The notes beneath the pieces were generated by a model. That model was not told where the DNA came from and did no database searches. It was given only the letters and a program-made list of their open reading frames with translations. Below, piece after piece: positions 27,489 through 37,170 of a DNA stretch of 59,330 bases (position 1 is the first letter of the stretch; every line of letters begins with the position of its first letter). The DNA is from Lacipirellulaceae bacterium (GTDB lineage Bacteria > Planctomycetota > Planctomycetia > Pirellulales > Lacipirellulaceae): positions 1 to 59,330 of the forward strand of contig DASYDU010000311.1 in assembly GCA_036499445.1 (NCBI GenBank), in the 5' to 3' direction. A program made the position numbers and the translations under genes.

Positions 27489-29254
27489 TGATGCGCTGGA
27501 TTCGCTGGCGATATTTGCTGCCGCGGTTAGCGCTCGTGGTGGCCGGTGTAACGCTCGCTCAATGGGGCCTGCCGCGACTTGTCCGCTGGTCGGTCGTTGA
27601 GTCAGGCGAGCACACGGTGGGAGCCAGGGTCGAGGTCGGCGAGACACGCGTTTCACTCCTCGGCGGCGACGTCTTGCTGCGCGATATCCGCGTGGCCAAT
27701 CCCAGCGCGCCGATGCGAAACCTGGTCGAGGCTGACCGTTGCGAGCTTGACTTGGACGCGGGCGCGCTGCTCCATAAGCAGGCGGTCGTCGACCATGGCG
27801 CGCTCACTGGTCTACGCTTCGGCACGCCCCGTGAAACGAGCGGCGCGCTGGCTGGCGCCGAGGCGGAAGAAGCATCGCAGTTGGCCGGTTGGCTCGACGA
27901 TCAGGCGCTGATTGTCGCCGGCGAGTGGCTCGACAATCTTCACAGCCGATTCCAAGAGAATGTCGTTGACCAGCTGCAATCGGTTCAGTTGACGGAGGAT
28001 TTGCTCCGCCGCTGGCCGCAACAGTATTCTGAGCTCAAGGACCGCGCCGCGCAGCTTCGCCGGCAAACGGCCGACCTCGAATCCCAAGCCCGTGCCGCCC
28101 AGGAAAACCCCTTGCGTCACGTCGACGCACTGGCAAAGCTGCCCGGCGACGTCGCGGAAATTCGCGACAACCTGACGAAGCTCAGCAAAGAGGTCGAAGG
28201 TCTCCCCGACATAGCGGAAGCCGATCGCCGGGCGATCGTCGCCGCGCGGCAGCATGACGAACAATTCATTCGCGATCAGCTCCATTTCGACACGATCGAT
28301 TCCAGCGTTTTGACGGCCTACTTATTGCAGGAGCAGCTCAAGGGGCCGGTGGCCGACCTGATGGGCTGGGTCCAGTGGGTCCGCCGCATCGTGCCCGCCA
28401 CGACCCAGACAACGGAGCCGAAGCGCAAGCGCGGCCAAGACATTTACTTCACCGGCTCCGAACGAAAAGCCGACGTGCTGATTCGCGCCCTCGACTTGCG
28501 CGGGAGCGGTCGCCTCGGCGGCCAATCGTTCGATTTGGCGGGCACGCTGAACGACTTCTCCAACAGACCGTCCTTGTCGGGCCAGCCGATGCGCCTGAAG
28601 CTGACCACCAGCGGCTCGCTGCAGGTGCAGTTACAGGCCACGATCGATCGCACGGGGCCGACAGCCAAAGACCAATTCCTGGTCGACTGCGGCGGAATCG
28701 TGTTGCCGAAATTCCGACTCGGCCACAGTGACAAGCTGCGGCTATCGATCGCGCCGTCGACCGCCACGCTCAATATCAGCGTCACGCTCGAAGGCAACAA
28801 ACTGTCGGGCGACATCCAGCTTGTGCAGAAGCAAGTGCAGATCACGCCCAGCGTCGGCGAGGAACTGGCGCGGTTCCAGGTCGTCGACGCGCTCGATGAA
28901 TCGCTACGTGACATTCACTCTGTGGCCACGCGGATTTCGCTCGGCGGTACGCTCGAGCAGCCGAAATTTGAGCTGTGGTCAAACCTGGGGCCGGCCGTTG
29001 CCGAAGCCATGAACGGCAGCATCGAAAAGGCGACAGCAAATTATGCCCACCGGGCGCTGGCCGCATCGCAACAGCAGGTCGACGAGAAACTCGCGGATCT
29101 CGACCGCCAGATCGCCGAGCAGCAGGCGGCTTTGAAACCGCAACTCTCGGCCTCGACCGACGCGCTCAAGCAGCTGGTGGGCGGCGAGCGATTAGAGCGC
29201 GTCTCGATGGAACAACCGGGCCAGCAGTTGCCGGCCAGTTCGATGTTCAAGTAA
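27488..29254 (+). CDS. TIGR03545-like large membrane-anchored coiled-coil protein (AsmA-like N-terminus)
   Basis: Start moved to ATG 27488 (MMRWIRWRYLLPRLALVVAGVTLAQWG anchor). VEVGETRVSLLGGDVLLRDIRVANP, and coiled-coil segments in the middle and at the C-terminus. Pairing with a TIGR03546-like gene is the known neighbourhood. Confidence 0.6.
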   Translation: MMRWIRWRYLLPRLALVVAGVTLAQWGLPRLVRWSVVESGEHTVGARVEVGETRVSLLGGDVLLRDIRVANPSAPMRNLVEADRCELDLDAGALLHKQAVVDHGALTGLRFGTPRETSGALAGAEAEEASQLAGWLDDQALIVAGEWLDNLHSRFQENVVDQLQSVQLTEDLLRRWPQQYSELKDRAAQLRRQTADLESQARAAQENPLRHVDALAKLPGDVAEIRDNLTKLSKEVEGLPDIAEADRRAIVAARQHDEQFIRDQLHFDTIDSSVLTAYLLQEQLKGPVADLMGWVQWVRRIVPATTQTTEPKRKRGQDIYFTGSERKADVLIRALDLRGSGRLGGQSFDLAGTLNDFSNRPSLSGQPMRLKLTTSGSLQVQLQATIDRTGPTAKDQFLVDCGGIVLPKFRLGHSDKLRLSIAPSTATLNISVTLEGNKLSGDIQLVQKQVQITPSVGEELARFQVVDALDESLRDIHSVATRISLGGTLEQPKFELWSNLGPAVAEAMNGSIEKATANYAHRALAASQQQVDEKLADLDRQIAEQQAALKPQLSASTDALKQLVGGERLERVSMEQPGQQLPASSMFK

Positions 29255-29276
29255 CTCGATCGAACAGAGCGGCAAC

Positions 29277-30389
<1,113 letters not shown>

Positions 30390-30957
30390 TCAAAATTATA
30401 GCGGCCGCGCCAAGGGCTCACAACGGGCCGCGTTTTTCGGCACAAATTGCGAAACGGGGTCCGTAATTAATCGACAACTCAATCTCAGTAGTGGTTCGGA
30501 GTCGCGGAGCGACCTTTGAAGCTTGGTAGCGGTTCGAAATCTGCGCGAGCTGGCAATGACTAGATAGTGCGTGGGATTCAATTAAAAAAAGACCCGCCGC
30601 AAAATATGTACAACAACGAGATATAGGACAAAACCAATGAACGTAAGTGCGTAGCCTGGCTCTCCTACAAATTCAAATCGTTCTGGCCAACGGCCAAGCG
30701 GTCCACCGTCGAAGAAACTCATAGCTGATAGTGGAGGACCAGTGCTGGCTGAGGCTTCTGTTGCCGGGGAACTATTTCCGCGGAGTGCGATTTAAGATTT
30801 TCTGCTCTTAGATAGCACAGTAAGTAAAGCCACTATCGCGACGATTATAAGCCCAGCCAGCAAGACCCACTTAGGCTTGACCGGCCACGATTCGAAAAAA
30901 TCCTCCATCAATCGCCACAGTGGCCCCGCTTCATCAACTGCTTCAGGTGCGCCCATA

Positions 30958-31448
30958 TTATGCCGCCTTTTCGATGAGCACTTTGATCGTCCACGCATGA
31001 TCAGCGAGATTGTCGGCGATCGCTGGCGTGTCGCCGCCTGGCGACTCGTGCTTCCGAACAGATTGTACCACGCAAGAAAGATCGCGTGCCTAGCTACGTG
31101 GCGCTTGTGGCTCTTGGGGTCGGCATTGATCAGACGCGAGAATCTCACACTGCGCTAGGCTCTTCGGCGTCGCTCTTCGTCAGCCGCCAATTGTCTGAGC
31201 AGTAGGTTAGATGCGGTCGCACTGCCGGTGTGAGCGCAGAAATCACATATCGATTGTGAGCTCGCTGGGAGGGTGGCTGTGCCGCTCCATGTAAGCGATC
31301 GGCGGGCGCGTCGGGAGTGGCCACGTTTGCTCGCCTCGGACTTATTGCCGCACCTCGAGCACAACTGCCACCCTGTGTCCTTAATCCCTTGCGATGCCTC
31401 GGCAGCCGGCCATGCCGGGCGAGTGCGGCCGCTAAATTGCTTTACCAA
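30958..31448 (-). pseudogene. Degraded DDE transposase remnant (IS1-family-like C-terminal part)
   Basis: Hand translation of the minus strand gives ...SNLLLRQLAADEERRRRA, TAG (31155-31157), then in frame RSVRFSRLINADPKSHKRHVARHAIFLAWYN. After a frameshift near 31058-31062 it reads VRKHESPGGDTPAIADNLADHAWTIKVLIEKAA, stop (30958-30960). This resembles the IS1-type tail NL-LRQ-LARL...SFSKS-E-H...YN and the ...TPAMAAG-DH-W... ending recalled from other transposases. The upstream boundary is uncertain. Confidence 0.5.
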
Positions 31449-31884
31449 AAGGTGGACGCCTCTCGTCGCTTCGGCGTACCCGATACCGTCCCGGGATTGT
31501 GCTCAAGGAAGCAAGTGCGACATTCGGTCGCCCGTTTGCGCCAACCGGCCACAACGTGGGCGAGCTTTGCGGAGATTTTCATGCGTCGCGCAAACTCGCA
31601 GAGATTTACTTGACTTTTTCCAATCCCCCCGTTAGTCTGATCGTGATCCGCACCGAGGGAGGTTGCGGCTTCTCGTTCTTTATTCTATTTAGTCGCGCGT
31701 TAGAACGCGGACCAGCGGGCGGCAGTTGCGGGCCGACCGGCGGTAGTTCAGGTCGCGATCGGGCAAATCGCGGCGCAGACCACATTCGTTCCATCGAAGT
31801 TCCGCAGGGCGGACGGCCAATCGCTGGCGCGCATCTGTCGCGCGACCGACAGTCGCTCGCCCAGGGAGAAAGGTGAACCATCGC

Positions 31885-34683
31885 ATGTCACGGATATTTT
31901 TCACACGGTTTGGTGGGAGTCGGGGATCGAAGCGAGTTAAGCGGACGACTACGGGGCGGCGCTCGCGCGGCAGAACCCTCGGAGTGGCCCGCTTGGGGAT
32001 GGAGCAATTGGAAGACCGGGTGATGCTCACGGTCGCGCCGGTCATCGCGCCGATTCCGGACCAGGCCTTCGGCCAGAACCAGACGTTTCACGAACGAGTC
32101 CTCGCTGAGTTCACGCAGCCGGCCGATGCTTCGCCCCACTCGACGACTTTTACCTACAGCATCGATTGGGGCGACAGCCCGATAAACAGCCCGCCGGATA
32201 TTACTACCGGGTCGATCAACACGTTCGTCCAAACCCCTGCCGGTAATGCCTTCGGGTACCTTAGCATCAACGATCCGGACGTACCGGGTGCGCAGCACTT
32301 TTTTAATACCGCCGGCACGTTCACGGTCGCGGTGACCGTCACCAATAGCGATATGCTCTCGGACACGAAGACGTTTACGGCGACGGTCCTGCCCATCGAC
32401 CCCGCGCTCACGTTCGACACGCCGATTACGCCGCCCGTTCACGTCGTCGAAGCTTCGCCCCTCACATTGAACTTGCACAGCACCGGCGCGATCGACTCGA
32501 CGATCACGAGCTGGACCATTAATTGGGGCGACTCGATCGAGACCATTAGCGGCGATCCGTCGACCGCCGATCACACGTACACGACGATTTTTGGCGATGC
32601 GAGCGGCTTGGCGCAGGCCAAATATCAGATCCGCGCCTGGGCGAATGGCAATGGCGGCGAGTTTGCCGCCGCTTCGGCGATCGACGTTGTGGTTGATGAT
32701 GTACAGCCGACGGCCACGATCACGCCCGATCCACCCTTTGTCGACAATGGCGACGGCTCCTTCAACGTGGACGTCAATGAAGGCCAGACGGTGACTCTGA
32801 ATCTCTCCGAATTCGATCCCGGCACGGAACCGCCACTCCAGTGGCTGTTTTTATGGGGAACCGAGGATCCGGATGACCCCATCCCGGAAGTCCTTCCTGG
32901 CAATTCGTCGATAGCGACGCACGTCTACACCGATGGCGATACTCTTGGCGCCACGAACTATTTGATTCAATCGGGCTTTTCGAATGGCTCGGACTTTAGC
33001 GGCAATAACGGGTTCGGGCTCGCAAACGCGGTCAATGTGACCGTACACAACGTCGACCCGACGGCCACGTTTGGCAACAACGGACCAGTGGACGAAGGTT
33101 CGACTGCCAACGTGTCGTTTAGCGGACAATTCGATCCGGGCACGGAAGACACGACGGCCGGTTTGCGCTACGCCTATGACTTCAACAATGACGGCGTCTG
33201 GGACGTTGGCGACGACGGCTCATATGCCCAGGCGTCAACTAGCGCGTCGGTCACCGTCCCGGCCAGCTTTGTGACGGACGGACCAGGAAATTTCACCGTC
33301 AAGGGGCGGATTATCGACAAGGACGACGGTTTCACCGAATACACGACTCACGTGGTTGTGAACAACGTCGCGCCGACCGCGGTTTTGGCAGGCGGCGGCA
33401 CCGTCAATGAGGGGTCGACCGCCAGCGTATCGTTCAGCGGCCAAAGCGACCTCAGCGCGGCCGATACGGCGGCCGGTTTCCACTATTCTTACGACTTTAA
33501 CAACGACGGGATTTGGGAAATCGGCAACGGAACGTATGCCGGTTCGGGGACGAGCGCCTCGACCACAATTCCGGCCAGCTTCACGGCAGACGGACCAGTT
33601 GCCGGAGGACACCTCACCATCAAGGCTCGAATTATCGACAAGGACGGCGGTGCGAGAGACTATATGACGAGCCTGGTCGTCAACAACGTCGCGCCGATGG
33701 CCAATGCGGGCGGACCGTATTCGACATTCGACGATACGGCGATCACGCTCACGGGGACGGCAACGGATCCCGCCGGGGCAGCCGATCCGCTGACCTACGC
33801 TTGGGACTTGGATCACGACATGAACGGCACATTTGAAACGAGCGGGGCGAGCGTGAACTTTGATCCTGTGGCCCTGGGATTCACCGGCAACCAGACGCGC
33901 ACGGTCAGGCTCAAGGTGAGTGATGGCGATGGCGGTGTGTCGATTGTTACGACAACCGTTCAGCTTTTGGGCCAGGGCACGATACTTTCGGGTGGCGTGC
34001 TGTTTGTCGTGGGCAGCGGCACGGCTGGCGACATCGTGCAGGTCGCCAAGAGCGGCAGTCAGATCACCGTCAGCAACGGCGGCACGCAGTCGTTTAGTGC
34101 GGCCGCGGTCTCGCAGATTCAGGTTCGCACGCGCGGCGGCAATGACATTGTGATCGTCGGGCTCGAAGTCACGGTGCCGACTGTGATCGACGGCGGCGCA
34201 GGCAACGACCTGCTCACGGCGGGCGGCGGCGATACGGTGCTGCTCGGTGGTGTCGGCAACGACATTCTCGTCGGCGGGCCGGGTAACAACGTGCTTGTAG
34301 GCGGCGATGGAACTGATATTCTGCTCGGCGCGGGTGGCCGCGACTTGATGATCGGCGGAAAGGGTAGCGACTTGCTCACGGGCGGCACCGGCGAGGACAT
34401 TCTCATCGGCGGCTACACGACATACGACGCGAATGTCGCGTCGCTTGACGCGATCATGGCAGTCTGGTCGTCGTCCGCGAGCTTCAGCGCCCGAGTGGCA
34501 TTGCTCACGGGTTCGGGCGGGTTGCTCAAAGCGGGCGTGACCGTGCTGGATGACGATGCGAGCGACATCATGGACGGTGGCGCTGGTCACGACTTGTACT
34601 TTGCCAATACGAACCTGCACGACCACGACATCGATTTGATCGCGCTGCAGCAGTCGCTCGATTCGCTGGTAGCGGTGAACTGA
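31885..34683 (+). CDS. Giant secreted PKD-like repeat protein with C-terminal RTX (hemolysin-type Ca-binding) repeats
   Basis: ATG 31885 (GTG 31873 also possible), with GGAGAAAGG upstream. Basic N-terminus plus [12 protein letters not shown] motif. Repeated modules of about 105 aa bounded by NV(A/D)[49 protein letters not shown] nonapeptide repeats. Confidence 0.8.
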   Translation: MSRIFFTRFGGSRGSKRVKRTTTGRRSRGRTLGVARLGMEQLEDRVMLTVAPVIAPIPDQAFGQNQTFHERVLAEFTQPADASPHSTTFTYSIDWGDSPINSPPDITTGSINTFVQTPAGNAFGYLSINDPDVPGAQHFFNTAGTFTVAVTVTNSDMLSDTKTFTATVLPIDPALTFDTPITPPVHVVEASPLTLNLHSTGAIDSTITSWTINWGDSIETISGDPSTADHTYTTIFGDASGLAQAKYQIRAWANGNGGEFAAASAIDVVVDDVQPTATITPDPPFVDNGDGSFNVDVNEGQTVTLNLSEFDPGTEPPLQWLFLWGTEDPDDPIPEVLPGNSSIATHVYTDGDTLGATNYLIQSGFSNGSDFSGNNGFGLANAVNVTVHNVDPTATFGNNGPVDEGSTANVSFSGQFDPGTEDTTAGLRYAYDFNNDGVWDVGDDGSYAQASTSASVTVPASFVTDGPGNFTVKGRIIDKDDGFTEYTTHVVVNNVAPTAVLAGGGTVNEGSTASVSFSGQSDLSAADTAAGFHYSYDFNNDGIWEIGNGTYAGSGTSASTTIPASFTADGPVAGGHLTIKARIIDKDGGARDYMTSLVVNNVAPMANAGGPYSTFDDTAITLTGTATDPAGAADPLTYAWDLDHDMNGTFETSGASVNFDPVALGFTGNQTRTVRLKVSDGDGGVSIVTTTVQLLGQGTILSGGVLFVVGSGTAGDIVQVAKSGSQITVSNGGTQSFSAAAVSQIQVRTRGGNDIVIVGLEVTVPTVIDGGAGNDLLTAGGGDTVLLGGVGNDILVGGPGNNVLVGGDGTDILLGAGGRDLMIGGKGSDLLTGGTGEDILIGGYTTYDANVASLDAIMAVWSSSASFSARVALLTGSGGLLKAGVTVLDDDASDIMDGGAGHDLYFANTNLHDHDIDLIALQQSLDSLVAVN

Positions 34684-34731
34684 GGAAGGATGCAGGAAAA
34701 GGGCGACCGCGTGATTCGACCGTCGTGACAG

Positions 34732-34998
34732 TTAGGTCCGGTGTCGAATCAACGCGTCGTATGCGGCATGAGTGCCGACCCAGACCCACAAGTAATCCTC
34801 GCCGACTTCAACAGCCAATGCGCGATAGTGCAGGCCTACGCGAACGGACCAAAGCTCTCCGTCGATTCTCTTGAAATGTAGCGAGGGATGACGCGGATCG
34901 TGACAAAGCAATTGATAGTCACGCTCCGCGAGCCGCTGAGTTTCCTCCGGTAAGCGGCGGTAGCAAGACCAGAAGCGAGGCGTCGCGCGGTGTTTCAT
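34732..34998 (-). CDS. Type II toxin, ParE/RelE-superfamily (ParE-like toxin)
   Basis: 88 aa. FWSCYRRLPEETQRLAERDYQLLCHDPRHPSLHFKRIDGELWSVRVGLHYRALAVEVGEDYLWVWVGTHAAYDAL matches the ParE-like toxin pattern as I recall it. ATGA overlap with the upstream gene. Confidence 0.8.
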   Translation of the reverse strand: MKHRATPRFWSCYRRLPEETQRLAERDYQLLCHDPRHPSLHFKRIDGELWSVRVGLHYRALAVEVGEDYLWVWVGTHAAYDALIRHRT

Positions 34999-35195
34999 CG
35001 CTCGGTGCAGCGACCTTCTTTCAGGTCCTTACGGGCTTCGGCGACTAGCCAGTCTAGTCGGCCGGCGGCTGCGTCGGCCTTCAGTTGCCGGTCCCATTCA
35101 TCGGCGTCGAATTCCGCATACCAGGCGCGAAACGTCGCGCGTTCTTCAGGCGACATGCGCTGCAGGGCTGCTTCGACTTCTTCGACAGTACTCAT
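34995..35195 (-). CDS. Cognate antitoxin (small acidic helical protein)
   Basis: 66 aa. MSTVEEVEAALQRMSPEERATFRAWYAEFDADEWDRQLKADAAAGRLDWL. Located upstream of the toxin and overlapping it by 4 nt. Confidence 0.7.
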   Translation of the reverse strand: MSTVEEVEAALQRMSPEERATFRAWYAEFDADEWDRQLKADAAAGRLDWLVAEARKDLKEGRCTER

Positions 35196-35354
35196 ACCTT
35201 AAGATTACTTCCTGGAGAGCCACAGGGCAACGTCGGGAACACCGGCCGCGGGAGATTGATTTCTGTCGACGACCGCTTCGATCCCCAACCGTCAACTATG
35301 GCGCGCGATTCGAAGAATAAGAAAAGCCCGACAACGGTGAGGGCCACCAGCCAC

Positions 35355-36710
35355 TCATTGCATCGGCTGCGGCGCGCCATCGATTGTGAGCACGACGACC
35401 GAGGCGATGGGATCAGGGGCATCGCCGGTGAGGTGGACGGTGATGCCAGTGTCGTTTTTATCGACAGTGAATTTGCGCGTGGGGTCGGCGAGTAGATGGC
35501 AATCGCGGACGTTATTGGATAGGGCAACAGGCAGGTTGCCGTCGGTGGGCCAGTCGAAAACGTGTAAGTAGAGCGTGGTGGTATCGTCGCCAGCTTTCGT
35601 CGTGATGCGTCCCCAGGCGGGATGCGGAATGGGGCTCGCCGTCGTTCCATAAATCGCTTCGCCATTGATCTTCATCCAATTGCCCATCGCGAGGAGGCGC
35701 TCGATCGATTCATCGGGAATTGTGCCGTCGGATTTCGGGCCGACGTTGAGCAGGTAGTTGCCACCGTTCGAGGCAATGTCGATCAAGTTGTGAAGTAGCG
35801 TTTCGGTGCTCTTCCAGTGCTGGTCGTCGCTCTTATATCCCCAGGTGTCGTTCATCGTCATGCAGGTTTCCCAATCGCCTTTGATGCCGGTATCGGGGAT
35901 GCGCTGCTCCGGAGTGCCGAAGTCGCCTTTGAGCGATTTGCGTTCGAGGCGGTCGTTGACGATCAGATTCGGATACGGCGCGAGGATCGGCAGGAAGCGG
36001 CTTGCGCGGTCGGCGTTCATCTGGAAGGACGTGTCCCACCAGATCACGTCGGGGTGGTAACGCTCGAGAATCTCTTGGACCTGTGGCAGGGAGGTCTGCG
36101 CGAGATAGTCGTCGAAGCTGCCATCTTGGGCCGGATCCCAACTCGGATTGTCCTTCGACGCGGATTTCGCGCCGCCGGGATTGTTCCAATCCTGAGCATG
36201 AGAATAGTAGAGGCCGAAGCGGAGGCCGTGCGCGCGGGCAGCCTCGGCGAGCTGGCCGATGATGTCTTTGCCATAGGGCGAGGCATCGGCGATGTTCCAT
36301 TTGCTCGCGGCCGAGGGGAACATCGCGAAGCCGTCGTGATGCTTCGAGGTGATGACGATATATTTGACGCCCGCGTCTTGAGCGAGCTGGGCCCAGGCGT
36401 CGGGGTCGAACTTGGTCGGATTGAACTGGCGGGCATACTCGTGATATTCTGCAACAGGAATTTTGGCCTTTTGCATGATCCACTCGCCGATGCCTTTGAC
36501 GGGCCTGCCCTGGTAGCTGCCGGCGGGGACGGAATAGACGCCCCAATGGATGAAGAGGCCGAAGCGGGCATCACGCCACCACTTCATGCGGGCATCGTGC
36601 TGGGCTGGCGTCTCATCGGTGTACGGTTGGGCAAAGGCCGGAATCGCCCCGGCCGCCACGATCAGGATTCCGAATGCAACAAGCCAGGAACCAAGAGCAT
36701 GAATCCGCAT
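35355..36710 (-). CDS. Alpha-L-fucosidase (GH29), secreted
   Basis: Start moved to ATG 36710 (MRIHALGSWLVAFGILIVAAGAIPAFA). RFGLFIHWGVYSVPAG, KYIVITSKHHDGFAMF, and a C-terminal beta-sandwich. Confidence 0.9.
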   Translation of the reverse strand: MRIHALGSWLVAFGILIVAAGAIPAFAQPYTDETPAQHDARMKWWRDARFGLFIHWGVYSVPAGSYQGRPVKGIGEWIMQKAKIPVAEYHEYARQFNPTKFDPDAWAQLAQDAGVKYIVITSKHHDGFAMFPSAASKWNIADASPYGKDIIGQLAEAARAHGLRFGLYYSHAQDWNNPGGAKSASKDNPSWDPAQDGSFDDYLAQTSLPQVQEILERYHPDVIWWDTSFQMNADRASRFLPILAPYPNLIVNDRLERKSLKGDFGTPEQRIPDTGIKGDWETCMTMNDTWGYKSDDQHWKSTETLLHNLIDIASNGGNYLLNVGPKSDGTIPDESIERLLAMGNWMKINGEAIYGTTASPIPHPAWGRITTKAGDDTTTLYLHVFDWPTDGNLPVALSNNVRDCHLLADPTRKFTVDKNDTGITVHLTGDAPDPIASVVVLTIDGAPQPMQ

Positions 36711-37170
36711 TTCGTAACTCCAGGAAAAAAGACCGTTAAGAAAGAAAAGAGCCCATCGCCAAGCCTGCAAACTGTTGCAGACATCATATCAGGTCGGAAT
36801 TCGACCCACACGCGGGCCGGCGCACGAAGAAGTCGACCGACCATCGAGCCCAACCCTCGTTCGGGCCGCCGCGGAAATGGCGAAATCGCCTGGAGTGATT
36901 CGGCAAAATCACTGGTCGGCTAGTTTTCCCCGCGGCACGCAGTGTGGTAGACTAGTGCATGGCACGAAAGGCCGGTGGTTGGACCGGCGCCCCGGGCGGA
37001 GTGTCTATGTCAACCCGCCGTTGATTTGAGTGATAGGGCGCTGGAAGCAGATTGCGCGAAAGGGATTGGCGCGCATCGGACTCCGGCGAGACGCAGAGAG
37101 CCTGCGTCGTCCCGCACTCGATCGCGGCAGATTCACCGCTGACTTGACCCTCTGCTGAAGAACCACTCCC

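Noticed and set aside
30401-30437. Plus-strand GCGGCC...GGCCGC stem followed by GTTTTT (orphan terminator or small RNA?)
   Set aside because: The stem is only 6 bp with a 19-nt loop. No upstream plus-strand gene exists for it to terminate. It lies in the gap promoter region, and the evidence is insufficient.
30490-30560. GGTTCGAAATC plus TTGGTAGC strings suggestive of a tRNA
   Set aside because: The D-loop-like and T-loop-like strings are only about 10 nt apart. There is no anticodon arm or acceptor pairing.
31155-31448. 97-aa ORF with CSRCG...CDFCAH that could be a stand-alone zinc-ribbon protein
   Set aside because: It is in frame with, and separated by a single TAG from, the transposase-like remnant downstream. 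It is better explained as part of that decayed gene.
33235-34626. 463-aa minus-strand ORF
   Set aside because: It is antisense to the PKD/RTX gene. The repetitive Gly/Asp codons on the sense strand create a stop-free, Arg-rich mirror frame.
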